Shown here: positions 23,401-36,400 of the stretch, in pieces | How the letters are laid out: each line of letters opens with the position of its first letter | Numbering within the stretch: position 1 is the stretch's first letter | The notes under the pieces: generated by a model | The model's input: the letters and a program-made list of their open reading frames with translations, nothing else | Database searches by the model: none | Told to the model about the DNA's origin: nothing | DNA from: Euglena gracilis | Taxonomy: Eukaryota | Direction of reading: 5' to 3' | Assembly: GCA_039621445.1 (NCBI GenBank) | Contig: CP154954.1 | Coordinates: 5,557,919 to 5,621,918 of the forward strand | Length of the DNA stretch: 64,000 bases | Position numbers and translations under genes: made by a program

Positions 23401-24540
23401 GGGCAGAAAAGTGGGCAAAATTCGCGGAATCACCGCTCAACTGGAAAATTGGCTGTTGCGCTTCTTGAAATGCGGATGCAAGTGAGGAGAATTGCCCCAA
23501 TGTTATAAATTGTCCCAAATCAGGACTTTTGATGGGGGGTTCATGCAACTTTTGCTGCAATTGTGGAAAAATTGCCGTAATTGGCTCCAATTGATGGGAT
23601 AAGGCTTGCAAACTATGTTGCAGGTTGGAGAAAATCGCTTCATTGCGGGATTGTGTTTCACACATGGCTTCACTCATTTTTTGGGAGTGTTGAGGCAAAT
23701 GTACCTGCAAATGTGTGTCCAAACCTTGGCGCAAAGTTGCTAGGTCCACGTTGGTGGATTGAAAATTTGTTTGGCAATATTCACCAACATCACGCACATA
23801 AGTCCAAAGGTAATTCAGCTTGTGTTCTACAACCTTTTGGTTGATTTCATCAAAATCCAAAACCTTGTTAAGTGTCATAGCGCAATACGCTACACAAGTG
23901 TGGTCATGGGAGATTTGCCGCGTTAGCAGGTGATGCACTGGAAGATTTGCAACTATGCGCTGAATCACGGTAATGGGTTGAGGAGAAATACTTTCCAACT
24001 CTTCCGCATCACTGCTCATAAATTCTGTGGGACTTGTATAAGCCGGTACTGTCAAACGCATCTCCGGGTGCCATGGCAATGCCGGAAAAGAACCCGTATC
24101 GGTCGGTGCGGGCAATTGTCTAATCGGACTTGTGGGGGGGAAGCGTAGGGGGGGGGGGGCAGAAAGAAACATGGTGTTTCTAACCCACCCTCAACAAAAA
24201 GTTGCCCTGGCGTATCCGCCTTAGAGTCAAATGTGCCTATCGGTACTGGTGCGAGACCTCGCCGGGGGGAATTGGTGTTCGCCGATCGGCTTTCCAACAG
24301 AAGAGGTTGTGCCTGTTGGGCATTGGGTTGCTCTATAGAGCTTCACACCGATAGGTGTGTGAGTGCCCATTGGGCGGGGGGAGGATTACTCGACACAGAT
24401 ACCGATAGGTGTGACGCACGCGGGGAAGGAGGCTTACCTGTGAAATGAGTCAATGCTTGATTACTCCTATGGGGTTGTGAATGCTCAATAGAGCTGGTCA
24501 ATGATGCCGCAGGTTCATTGCAGCGTAGTCAATTGGCGTT
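20429..24540 (-). pseudogene. gag: Family-D gag (frameshifted) with an RS-rich nucleocapsid region and two CCHC knuckles
   Basis: CSLCGYKDHHSSKC (CX2CX4HX4C) and degenerate CFLFYQPGHMSREC in ORF 20429-21292. The capsid-like motif is shared with family-B gag (PNFSGQPKDWSSFVRDWDQYF). Confidence 0.85.
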
Positions 24541-24832
24541 GTGCTCTGCATTTTTAAAGGAAAAATGCGAAAACCAAGTGTGAATTGTGGCGTAAAATGC
24601 AGAAACAAGTGCAAAAAGAGGGAAAAGTATAAAAAGTAAGCAGGGACCCGAACTCTGAGGTTTGAAGCAGCGTATACTGCGAACCGTCAGGGGACGTGTC
24701 CGTGCGTACGGCTTTGGCCGGAAACGGCTTTTAGTGCCTGTGATCGCCTATAGGCGGGGCACCACACGACCGTTTGCGGTCAAAAGGATCGAAAAGACTC
24801 CGCCAAAAAGGGGTGGCCGCAGCACTACCCTG

Positions 24833-25806
24833 TTAATTTTTTATGCCGGTCGAGACACGGGCAGAACTTCCAGAACTGAAATCATTAGAACACCGCACAC
24901 TGCAATTACGATATCCTTCCCAAACAATTCCCAATCCTGAAGAATTATCAATGCCATCAGCCGATGACTGGACTGAATCGGCCCCTCCGCAGGCCGAAGC
25001 ACAGGCGGGGGCCTTGCCGTGTGAACAGGATGTTGTCCTCCCAGCGCCACGTACTTCTGCAGCTGGGCCACAGGCCGAAGCACAGGTGACCCCAGTACCC
25101 AGTACATCCATCATGTCCGAATCCACCCTGTCAGCACCAGTTTCAAGATGTCCAATGACGAGGTTGCCAACCCCGGATTCAATTGCATCACTGGCCGTGG
25201 ACCCAGAGGCACTGGGGACTGCAGCTACCCCAGCTGCCATTGCCCCACCGGCCGCAGCACAGGTGGGGGTGGGTTCCAATGACATCTCATCTTCCACGTC
25301 ACTTCCAAAAATGTAATGTGAAACTGAAAATTGATCTTGTACTTCTTCCCATGACTCACACACCTCTGTCTGAGCGTGTGCCGGCGGTAATGTCTTATCT
25401 TCTTCTTGGTTCTTCCTTTCTTGATCTTCCACCTGGACTTCAGGCATGTGACCAATGACACAACAATTGTTTTGATTGTGAGAGGGGAACACCGGGGCCG
25501 CCAACCCTTATTCCCTGCGACCCTGGCGCCCCTGGGTGGTTCTTGAACTTTTCTTTATCCAATTCATGAATTTTCCTCATATTCCTCCTGGCGCTTCCAT
25601 ATCCCCACTTCTTGAGTGTCAACTCCCAAATTGAAACCAAGTAATAAAGATGAGACATCCAAGCCTTGGGCAATCAACTGAAAGACAGTTGTGAGCTACA
25701 GAACAGAGGGTAAGGTCAGATAAAAATACAGCTGAAAACTGGGGTTCCCAATTCTTAATAGGATTCACCCTCAGAAAAAATTTTGCCTCAGCAGCGCCCA
25801 CTCACA
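24833..25806 (-). mobile_element. Probable fragment of another small LTR element: LTR-like 25477-25806 plus low-complexity internal sequence
   Basis: 25477-25806 is bounded by TGTGAG...CTCACA and contains the TCTTAATAGGA motif found in other LTRs. No TSD or second copy. Confidence 0.45.
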
Positions 25807-26126
25807 ATGTATGTACCCCCCACCTGGGGTCGAAACACACAAGATGGGTCATCTCAAGTAGGAAACGGTAATGTTGCCCACCCCTGGAAACTCAAATCTG
25901 CATTGTCTCAAAACTGCATTGGGGACAGATCCAGAGGGGCCGAAACGCACACTCCCAACCACTCCCCAATGATAATCCCCTTACATCCCTTATGGTGGAA
26001 CCACCTGGACAGAACTCTTCGCCCCGCCCAGTCCCGTCTCTTCGACTCGGGTTGAGGCACCCCTTTCATTTTTTGAAACCCAAACACATGCACCAACCAC
26101 ACCCACGACCCTCTGGGCAGGGTGGG

Positions 26127-27293
26127 CTATGTGGCCCGGTGGTACTCGAGCCTGGCTCGTCGGCGTCTCCTCTTCTCCATACCCGTCAATGATCTCGTCG
26201 TTGCCAAGGCCCTCCAGTGGGCCTCCTCTGCCTCGAAGCCGAACTCCTTGTTTGCCCGCCTGGAGGCTTCGAGGCTGGAAGCGATGTCCCTGGGGACTTC
26301 TCCTTCAGCTTCCCCTGAAGAACTGGACGGGGCTTCAGCGGCCCCTGGGGTTGCAAGCCCCATCATGGCCAGCACCGAAAACTCCCGGGCCGGAGCACAC
26401 AGGGATTCGGTCGCTTGCCATGTGACCTGCTGTGCCGCCTTCACGATGTTGGCCATGATGGCAGCATGCGGGTCTCCAGCGGCGATGATTTGGCTGCTTA
26501 CCTGGATATCCATTGGTTTCGGGCACTTGCAGGGGCGATCTGCCCAACAAAACCCATCGCAATGGGCCGGTCTCTGGAATACTTGGACAGAACGGCCATC
26601 ACCATCCACATCACCAATGTCACCATGCTCAATGTCGTCATGCCCGATGTCTTCATGCCCAATTCTGCATGTCCCCGCAGCGGCCGAAGCTCTACCCGGG
26701 GACCCTCTCTCGGCGGCCGAAGCACAGCCGGCTTTCTGAGTGGCCAAACCCTGAGTGGTTGTACAGGGCCGGGTTCTGCCTCCAACATGTCCAACTTCAG
26801 AATGCATGGCCAGGGCATCATCCACCGTCCGCCCTGACCGGGCCGTCACTACATGCACATCTCCGTCATCTGCACCTCCAGTCAGGCCAGCCCCATGATG
26901 CACACCATGTCCATGTGGGCCATCTGCAGCCTGCACCCCATGTGCACCTGAGGCATCTGCAGCATGCACCCCACGTGCATCTGCGGCATCTGCACCATGC
27001 ACCCCATGTGAATCTGCGGCATGGCCCAAATTACCGGAATGTACATCTTGAACAGGTTGACCATGTCAAGCTCCAGGATGTACCACCGGTGCATGCACCA
27101 ATCCAGCATGCGACACTGCGTCATCCGTCAGGTCTTCACTGCTGAGTTGATTGTGAAACAGGGGCGGCGCCGGGTTGGGGGCCCTCTTCGCAATCCACAC
27201 CTCTTCTGCCGCCCGACCCCGGGCCCCCTGTTTGGCTGGCTTCGGCTTCGCCTTTGGTTTCGCCTTTGCCTTGGGCTTCGCCTTCCTACCCAT
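26127..27293 (-). pseudogene. Low-complexity ORF (about 389 codons, one internal TGA): PKAK repeats, His/Ala/Asp/Gly repeats, KRRRRR tail; probably internal ORF of a non-autonomous element
   Basis: ORFs 27066-27293 and 26127-27029 are in the same frame. About 30-bp GVH(A/G)AD repeats at about 26880-27030. Confidence 0.45.
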
Positions 27294-27464
27294 TGGCAGG
27301 AAAATTCCACTTCAAATTTCCAAACCTAAACCACAACACAAAACTCAAATCTCCCAGTCTTCAATCAATCCCATGGTCCGCAGATATCCCAGAATGCCAC
27401 AACCCACGGGCCCAGCAATCAACTCATGAGGTTTGACTGAACAGAAAAAACACAAATTATAATA

Positions 27465-29615
27465 TTGCATGAGTTTGTGCAAATACGCTATCGCGGTTTG
27501 AATGCCGGTAACATCCGGGATCCTACCAGCTACTTCCGCATAGCGGGTATGCAACTTGGCCAATGAGGCTTCAATGCTACCAACATCCTGTTGTAACTGT
27601 TTGTGCAAATCGGACATGGTGGCCTTGAGCCCGCTAATATCCGGTGTTGGTGCACGGGTTGCCGCGTTGCGGTTCTGCGATTGCGGTTCGGAATTCCATT
27701 GTGTCATTCTGCCACTGTTGTTGCAAATTCTCAATCCTACTCGCGATATTCGCCATTTGGGTGTGAAAACTTGCAATTTCAGCAGGAATCTCACCACAAT
27801 GGCAGCATTTTTCTCCAATCGAGAACGTATTTCCTCCAATTGTTGCACATACGTGCGGCGGGCAAAACTTTCATTGGCTTGGGTCGAAAAGTGGGCAAAA
27901 TTCGCGGAATCACCGCTCAACTGGAAAATTCGCTGTTGCGCTTCTTGAAATGCGGATGCAAGTGTGGAGAATTGCTCCAATGTTATAAATTGTCCCAAAT
28001 CGGGACTTTTGATGGGAGGTTCATGCAACTTTTGCTGCAATTGTGTAAAAATTGCCGTAATTGGCTCCAATTGATGGGATAAGGCTTGCAAACTATGTTG
28101 CAGGTTGGAGAAAATCGCTTCATTGGGGGATTGTGTTTCACACATGGCTTCACTTGTAGGGGGTGTGGGCCTCACCACTCCCACAACCCCCTGGCGGCTG
28201 GCCCCTGGCGCCTGCAGGTCCTGCCACTGGCTGGGATCCATCAATTCACCCAGAGGGCCTGGCACCCACCTGGGACTTTCCTTGTCACTTTTCATTGTAA
28301 TCCCACTTCCCAATTCCCTGCGCTGGCACAAGTCACAATACTTCCCAGAACTGAACAACCAAAGTCAAACTGAACATGCTGCTTGCCACTGTAAACACAA
28401 ACACAGACAGAATTTTGTGTAATTCCTAATTCCTCTGCTGGAATCTTAATCTCTTTCCCAGCGCCCACACTCCCCTCCTTAAAAAGCTGCCCCGGGCAGC
28501 TAAACCTGCCTTCGGCAAAAAGGCGCTGGGAGTTTGTTTTTTTTGTTCACGAACACAATCTTGAATTTTTCTTTCTGTTGGTCTGTTTTATTTTTTTTCT
28601 CTGTGGGGCAGGGCGGGGGTCGAAGGCCGACCCTTAGGGGGATCGGTCTCCTACAGCAGCAGGGGGGAGCAGCAGGCACCCGCACCGCCTTGGGCCGTTC
28701 TGGCGGGGTTCCCCCCCAGAACAGCCCAAAGATACCCCTTGGACCGTCATCTCTGGAATATCCATCCTTGGCATTCCCGTCTCTGACATGTCCTTCCACA
28801 GCATCCAGCAGCCTGGCATCAGAGGCCACCCTGCCATGGGCCCTGAGCCTGCCAGCAGCAGGTCCGAGGTGGGTGCCAGGCCCTCTGGGTGAATTGATGG
28901 ACCCCAGCCAGTGGCAGGACCTGCAGGCGCCAGGGGCCAGCCGCCAGGGGGTTGTGGGATTGGTGAGGCCCACACCCCCTACACAAACTGAACATGCTGC
29001 TTGCCACTGTAAACACAAACACAGACAGAATTTTGTGTAATTCCTAATTCCTTTGCTGGAATTTTAATCTCTTTCCCAGCGCCCAAACACTCACTTTTTG
29101 GAAGTGTTGTGGCAAATGTACCTGCAAATGTGTGTCCAAACCTTGGCGCAAAGTTGCTATGTCCACATTGGTGGATTGAAAATTTGTTTGGCAATACTCA
29201 CGAACATCACGCACATAACTCCAAAGGTAATTCAGCTTGTGTTCTACAACCTTTTGGTTGTTTTCATCTAAATCCAAAACCTTGTTAAGTGTCATAGCGC
29301 AATACGCTACACAAGTGTGGACATGGGAGATTTGCCGAGTTAGCGGGTGGTCCACTGGAAGATTTGCGACTATGCGCTGAATCACGGTAATGGGTGGAGG
29401 CGAAATATTTTCCAACTCTTCCACATCACTGCTCATAAATTCTGTGGGACTTGTATAAGCCGGTACTGTCAAACGCAATGCCGGAAAGGAAACCCGTATC
29501 GGTCGGTGCGGGCAATTGTCCAATCGGACTTGTGGGGGGAAGCGTAGGGGGGGGGGCTGAAAGAAACATGGTGTTTCTAACCCACCCTCAACAAAAAATT
29601 GCCGTGGCGTATCAG
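27465..29615 (-). pseudogene. gag: Second family-D gag fragment (paralogous to about 22985-24215), interrupted by a mini element
   Basis: Close nucleotide match to 22985-23674 and 23675-24215; ORFs 27345-28358 and 29044-29781. Confidence 0.88.
28155..29087 (-). mobile_element. Rearranged mini LTR element (933 bp) related to the TRIM-like element
   Basis: LTR 28155-28469; minus-strand PPT AAGGAGGGGAG at 28470-28480; partial LTR 28985-29087; inverted LTR part about 28866-28983. TSD CACT at 28151-28154 and 29088-29091, confirmed by the empty site at 23671-23674. Confidence 0.88.
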
Positions 29616-29929
29616 TGTACGTCTGATTCCCAATTCCCCTTTCCCAATTCCCCAAAGCCTTCGCTTTCGCCTTAGCGCACCTGCTTGGGAACTGAAAATC
29701 AGAGAAACAGAAAAATCCCTTTTCCCACTTCCCAAGAAGCAAAGCACAGAGCAATGCAGGGAGGACGGACTGGATAACCAAGTCCGGTCCGATGGAAGGG
29801 AAGGAAGACGTATAAAGAAGAATACCACCTGTGGAGAGAGAAGGGGCACGAATTAGGAGATCCTAATAGGATCTGCTTCCATCCTAACTTCCTCAACGGA
29901 AGGGGACAGAAGCATACGCCTGGTACACA
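29616..29929 (-). repeat. Family-D 3' LTR (314 bp)
   Basis: Repeat of 18959-19277; preceded on the minus strand by the PPT GGGAGGGGGA. Confidence 0.88.
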
Positions 29930-30911
29930 TCCCCCTCCCAGGGCTATGCCCGATTTCCCCTTTCTGGCCACAGGGATTTCGGACACAGACCTGGTCTGTG
30001 GGAGGTGCACCCTGGCGCATCCACAGGGGCCCTTTCCGTCGCACAGGGGTCCACTAAAAAAGGGGGGGGGCGGAAAGGTGGGGACCCAAAAAGCCCAAAA
30101 CGCGCAAAAATGGTTTCACCTATTCTGCGGTGGCTTCTGGGTATATAGTATATTATAGCCCACTGGGGAAAATGGGGCTGGCAGGTTTCCTTGCCAAACA
30201 AACCCATCCACCCAGTTTGGGTGTGACCAAGGCACTTGGGGTTGGGTCCATGGGCATTCCAGGAAAACCCATGGGGAGGGTGTTGAAGGAGGGGGCCTCT
30301 GACCAGTCAAACCTGGGCAGGTCGCATGGCCAGTCAAACCTGACCACGCAAAAGGAAATCCTACTCTACAAAAACAACTGCCGGCGACAGCATTTGCCCC
30401 GGGGAGAAAGTAGAGAGGAGTGGGGGGTTGGCTTAGGCCAGAAAAGTTGTGCTGTCTGGCAGCCTTAAGGCCTCAAACGGCCGAAAAGAAAACAAAGGCA
30501 AAGGAAAAGAGGCCGTCGGCCCTGTGCGCTGCGTGTCGCACGCCCGCCAGACGGGAGAGGGGAGAGGGGTGTGCATGCATGCGCACGGAATCCTGCACAT
30601 GGCAGCATCCCGGTGGGAACTTACTAGCGGCGAATACCGCAAAGGGTCTTCGAAGGGGTTGTTCGGGCGAATACCCAAACAGGGTGTCAGGCGAATACCT
30701 GACGAGGGTGCTGAAAGACGCCGCATTGGCGCTCACAGACACCTCACCTGCCTTTATCGACTGGACGTTCGCGCACCTCACGCCAGTAGTCGTGTTGGGG
30801 GTCCCCTAATGGGTCCACAACCAACTCCAGTTTGCGTGGGGAACGCGGCGGAGCTGATTCACTCCGAATGGTGTTGAGCTCCGGATCGTTGACATCAAAG
30901 GAAGGGGTCTC

Positions 30912-32557
30912 CTAGTCCTTGATCCAATTATCTGGCAGCTTCTCCCTGGTACGTTCAGCATGATGCTGAAGATACCGTTGGAGTTGCTCCCAGAAAATAC
31001 TAGGCAGCATCACCGGCCAGATGATGTAATTCATCCGGGGGTGATTCGCAGGCACCTGCGGGGGCATCCCTGGGGTCTGCTTGAAGTTGATGTCATACAT
31101 CCACCTCGCTGTCCGACCTCTTGCGGTATGGGGCCGTAATACAGCCGCCAACTAACCTCTGAAGTCCACCAAATCGTGTTCTTCAGCAGGCCACAGTGGC
31201 AAGGCGTATCCGCCATGCTGACTCTTGGAGAACAGGGGGTAAACCTGTGTCTCCCAGTCGCCATCAGTCCAAAGGTAAGGCATTCTTACCTTGGCGTGTT
31301 CCTCGACAGCGAGGCGCATTGCCCCAGCGTCGATCTGGAACTCACGGGCCATTCCCGTGTGGCGGTAGCTTTCTACCTTTCGGAAGTCGGAGTGCTTCAG
31401 GCGGCCTTCCACCTGCTTGTACTCCTTCTTCCACTTCTCCAGTGTCTCCCAGTGGTGGGGGACAATGGTGGTGACTGCTCCATCAGCAGTCTGCACGAAC
31501 TTGGCTCCTATACAGTTGATGCACAAGGCAGGGATATCCCTGTCGTGAGCATTCTCACTGTAGGAGTAGTTCAAGCTGTGCTTCCAGGCGTTCAGGCACT
31601 CGCCACATACGAGCGCCACACAGTTCGGCACATATGCCCTGTGATGGAACCACGAGGACTGCACCTGCCGCTTGCACACATGCACAAGCGGTTGGTTGTG
31701 CCGCACATGGTGGCACACGGTGCACGTCCAGGCAAAGGACGTGCCGTGCTGGAAATCCAACACGCAGTCCTCACCAAAGTAGTGTGCCAGTACTCTGGGT
31801 GAGCGCCTGTTCCAAAATGTCCAGGTTTGTTCCGGGGCATAGTGGAAAGGTTCTCCTCGGACGAAGAGGGCTGAATCCATCGATTCAGTGACCCTTTCTG
31901 GTGCCTAATAGCAGCCAGTTTCTTCGTCCTCTCTTCCACGGTGCCTAGTCTGGTCAGGATATCCTGAGTCCAGAGCTGGGCATCCGCAGACACAGGAGGT
32001 GAAGCAGGTTCATCCTGCTCCTCATCTGTCGATCCGGCGGAAGATTGGGCCTGTCGGCCACGAGCCTTACCTTTCGGTTTGCTCTGGCCGTACCCGGACG
32101 ATGCAACGGCCGAATAGTCGTGCATTGTCGTAGGGCCTTTCGGATGTCCGCCAGTCTGACCTCCAGCGCCACCTTTCGGTGGTGGTTTCCCATCACCGCC
32201 TTTGGCAGGGGGCTTACAGGGTGCAGCACCCGGTTTGCCTCCCTTCGGCTTCGCACTCCCGGAATCAGGAGGCGACGCCTGCGGCTTACTCCTGGTATCA
32301 GGAGCCGATGGTGCCGGAGTAGACGTTTGCCGTCTGGGCGAAGCGGGCATACTGACCGCTGGGTCGCGCATGACGCTCCGAGGGGTCGGCACACGTTCCT
32401 GGGGTTGTTCAGCCGGCCGCCGCGGAACAGGATCATCCTGTCCGACGAGGCGTGGCACTGTGGTCGTCACCGGAATCGGTGCTTCCACAGGCGCTGGCGC
32501 TCCCAGAAACTCTGCCATTGTCCTTGGGACGGCAGGGACCCTGCGCGGTGTCGATGG
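30912..32557 (-). pseudogene. C-terminal part of family-D ORF3 (conserved Cys/His-rich domain 2)
   Basis: TWTFWNRRSPRVLAHYFG, WTCTVCHH, FHHRAYVPNCVALVCGEC, DIPALCINC; homologous to 3250-4374. Confidence 0.82.
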
Positions 32558-33386
32558 TGTCGGCCGCCGGCTTTCGCCGGCAGCCAAAAATTGCCAGAAA
32601 GCGCAAATTCCAAAGTCGCGGGTAACAGCCAATCAGTTAAAAAAACCCGCGACTTAAATTGGAAGCGGGTCAAATTACTTTGCGCTTTCAAATTCTGTTT
32701 TTTCACAGAACTTGAGGGGTTTTCCCCATTATTTGGCAAAGAAGAAATACATTGAATTGGATTTGATCAATCACATTGTTGAATTGGAATTGGCAGTTAC
32801 ATTGTTGGTCATTGCATTGTTGGTGGAGTCATTGAAGGCAATTTGGTATTGAAATCAAGAAGGAGAACCTACAACACCACCCTCACCGCCACTTCTATTC
32901 CCTATACCCCTCTTCCTTGCCCCAGGTTGTTTTTTTCATTACATTCAGTCACTCTCACAGATTTCAAACAGTGTGATTGCTTCTCCAGTGGGTTGGGATT
33001 CATTTCAGCTTCAGTGGGTTGGTTTGTGGGTTGGTTTGTGCAAGAGAGTGTGAGAGTGAGAAAGAGAGAAAAGTGAGATTTCAGAAAGAAAAGTTCGATT
33101 TCATTGCAAATGGCAGATTTTTCGGTGTTCACCAAATTTTCAGAAAACATTGAAAAAACGATCCTACGCGCCGGCTGGGGTTGGGGAAACCCCCTGGGTG
33201 AAAAAATGGGGGTTGGCTGGAGCCCACCAATTCCCCGAGAAAGCGCAGGCCCTGCCCCGGAAACACCCACCCCCCTGCTGTCGGTGGTTATCCAGGACGG
33301 CGAGGACCCCCCCGGGCCCTCGGCCCACCGGGACTCGCCGGTCGCGGGGGCGACCGGCGGCGCACAGGGGGTGGGGCCGGCGAACA
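32558..33386 (+). repeat. Family-B LTR1 (829 bp)
   Basis: TGTCGGCC...GAACA; repeated at 43733 and 55126. Confidence 0.95.
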
Positions 33387-33398
33387 TGGTAGCAGAGG
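33387..33398 (+). promoter_or_regulatory. PBS for initiator tRNA-Met (TGGTAGCAGAGG)
   Basis: Directly after the LTR; complement of the tRNA-iMet 3' end. Confidence 0.9.
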
Positions 33399-33438
33399 TT
33401 GGCTCACTGACTTCGTCAGTGAGATTTTTTCAGATTCG

Positions 33439-36400
33439 GTGAACGTTGTTGCAGAGATTTGTTCCGCTGCCTCTGCCAGCAGAATCAGTGCAAAGTTTTC
33501 AGATTCGGCTGACATCGCAAGTAAAGGTTGTTTCACTGACCCAGTCAGTGAAAATTTTTCAGAGACGGTCGACACGGTCACAGAGATTTGTTCTGGTGGC
33601 TGTGCCAGCAGAATGGTACACGAGGTCAATTTCATCAACCCTGTGGTCTGTGAATTTTCAGAAGAATCTGCAGAAATCTGCTCGTTTCCCAGTCAATCTG
33701 TCCGAATTTCAGATTGTGATGAAAATTTTCTGAGATCTGTGGCAGAAAGCTGTTTTCAGAACGAAAAGGAAACTGAATTTTCTGCAGCCCAGTTTTCAGA
33801 ACCTGTGGCATCATTGCAAATCATGATGGAATCTGTGGCAGAAAACAATTTTCAGGCTGCAGAAACTTTATCGTCTTCAGAATTTTCAGAAACGACACAG
33901 GAATCAGAATCTGATTCTGATTCGGAGAGGGGGTTAATAACATGCATCAGGCCTGTCACGGTGGCAGGGCCAGAAAATTTACAGCTGATTCCACTGCATG
34001 GCAGTGACGACGAATCAGACCCCCCAGCTTACAAAAGCGAATCAGAGGAAGAAAAATGAGCTGAAAACGCCATAATTCAGGAAATGGTTATACAGAGAAT
34101 GAAAGCTGCTGGCATGTGGCCAGTACATTTTTCAGGTTTTCAGCAAATTTCTGTGTCATCAGGAGACAGCAGCCCAGGGCCAGAACAAAAAATTTTGTGT
34201 TTAACAGCCCAGCCAGAACCATTGCCGTTAACACAGAGTTCAGAACCGCAGTCAGCACAGCCAGCTGCAGCCCAGCTGCAGGTTTTTCAGCCAGCCCAGC
34301 AGTTTTCGGCTGGGTCATCTGTTTCAGCAATCATGGGGCCAGCCCAGACGACTCCACAAGTTTTTCAGCCAGCCCAGCAGTTTTCGGCTGAGTCATCTGT
34401 TCCAGCAATCATGGGACCAGCCCAGATGCATGGGCAGGTTTTTCAGCCAGCGTTAACAGTGTCTTCAAACACAGGCCCAGCCCAGATTTTTCAGCCAATT
34501 CAGCCAGATTTTCCACAGACCCAGCCAATAAATTTACAGCCAAACACCAGTTTTTCTGCAGAAACTGGGTCCGAAAATGCTGAAAATCAGCATGATGTGG
34601 AAATGGAATCGGGCTATGGCCAATCTGACGATGATTGGAACAACTGGGGTGAAGAAATCAGTTGCAAAATTGAATGTTTACATGGCAGACTTTTGGTGCA
34701 GGAAGGAAAAAATCCTGAAAAAACGGCTGAAAATCTGGTGGGGGAGGCAGAAAACAGGCTAAATCAGGCATTGGCCATGTCACAGGGGCAGACATTGAAT
34801 CTGGTCAATGAGGCATTGGGCATGCATGATGGGCGAATGGCTGATCACATTGCCATGGTGAAACGTGAAATTCAGGCTGAACTGAGTGCAACTGTAAACG
34901 ACTTGCTTTTGCAGTTTCAGCAAAATGGTGAAATGGTGCAAAATCTGGCCCAATGCCAAAGGCATTTGTTGAGTGTGGAAATGGAACGGCAGTTTGCTGA
35001 AAAAGTGAAGAAAGTGGAGGATGGAGTAAACACGTTTTTTGAGGCCAAGGTTGAGGGGTTGAGAAAAAATGAGAGGGATTTTTCTCAGAAACTGTCGATT
35101 TTGGAAAAATCTGTGGGGGAGATGCACGTGGTGGTGCAACAAGTGGGGGAGAAGGAAAAACAGCAGGAAATTGCTGTTAATCAGGTCAAATCTGCAGTCG
35201 GTGAGCTAAGCTCTGGTCTGGAGGGACGCTTTGGGATCATTTTTCAGCAATGTAAAAGTTTGGGGGAGACTGAGTGTGCCAAATTTCAGGCGCAGGCTGA
35301 GAAATTGAAGGAATTTTCACAGTCCCTGGAGCGAGAGAGCAAAGCTCTGAATGATCGTTTGGGGAGGTTGGAGAATTTTCTGGGTCGGAAAGATTTTCCC
35401 ATTGAGAAAGTCTGTGACCTGATTAACAAGAGCGAGGAAACAATTCGGTTGGAGGTGCAAAGGGAGTTCGGGTTGCAAACGAGAAAGAATCTGGAGGTCA
35501 TTATCAGTGAAATGTTGCAGGAAAGGTTGAGGCTGAGTGAAAGGGAGGGGCAGTTTGAAAAAGTTCGGGCTGAAATGGAAAATTCGATGAAACAGCAGGT
35601 TGGAGTTTTACTGCAACAGCAGTCCAGTGAACTTTTTAAAGAACAGCAGGAGCAGAAAAAATTGCGACAAAAGCTGGATTTATTTCAGGCTGAGATTTGG
35701 TGATGAAAAATCAGCAAGCTGAATCTGCCAAATCTGCGACAGTGGATCTGACAAAGGAAACGAGAGAAAAATCAGCTTGAAACCTAGAAATCGAAGAGTT
35801 TGATCTTTTTGGTTACAACGATTTACCTGTGATCGAGAAAAATCCGGTTGAAATTGAAGGCTATGAATACGCTGAACCAGGGTCACATGCGACACATGTC
35901 AGGCAGGTTTGTGCACGACCTGTGGGGGCAGTGCCTGCAGGTGCAGGGCTGGTTCCATCAAATGCAGTGGCAACACATCAATTGATGAAAAACCTGGTGG
36001 CTCCAAATTTTTCTGGACAGCCAAAAGACTGGTCGTCCTTTGTGCGGGATTGGGATCAATATTTCAGGACGTTGGTTATTTTGCTAAATGGACATATGTC
36101 TGATTCACTCAAGCTTCAGCTTTTTGCAATGACGCTGGACGACACAAATAAAAAGGAATTGCAATTCCGACTGGAATTGAACGGAAAAACATCTTTCGAG
36201 GAGGAATTTGACAGGCTTGAAGGAAAATATGCTGGAACTCAATCCGAGTGTGCCAGAAAAAAATGGTATGATGTGAACCTCGTGAACCAAGGGAAAATTA
36301 CCGTACAGGAATGGCGAGATTTTGTCATAAATTTCAGAATAGCCTGGAGACAGGTGAAAAGCGCCACTGACGATGAGGCAGAAAGACTGGTCAAGGGAAA

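Larger units (their letters stand above)
19278..24830 (-). mobile_element. Decayed family-D gag-protease fragment
   Basis: Coiled-coil N-terminus (23153-24172, 22570-23433), capsid-like PQWDGDPTTWKQFFCDWEYYW (21508-21990), zinc knuckles and protease. 19400-19690 is homologous to about 63700-64000. Confidence 0.85.
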
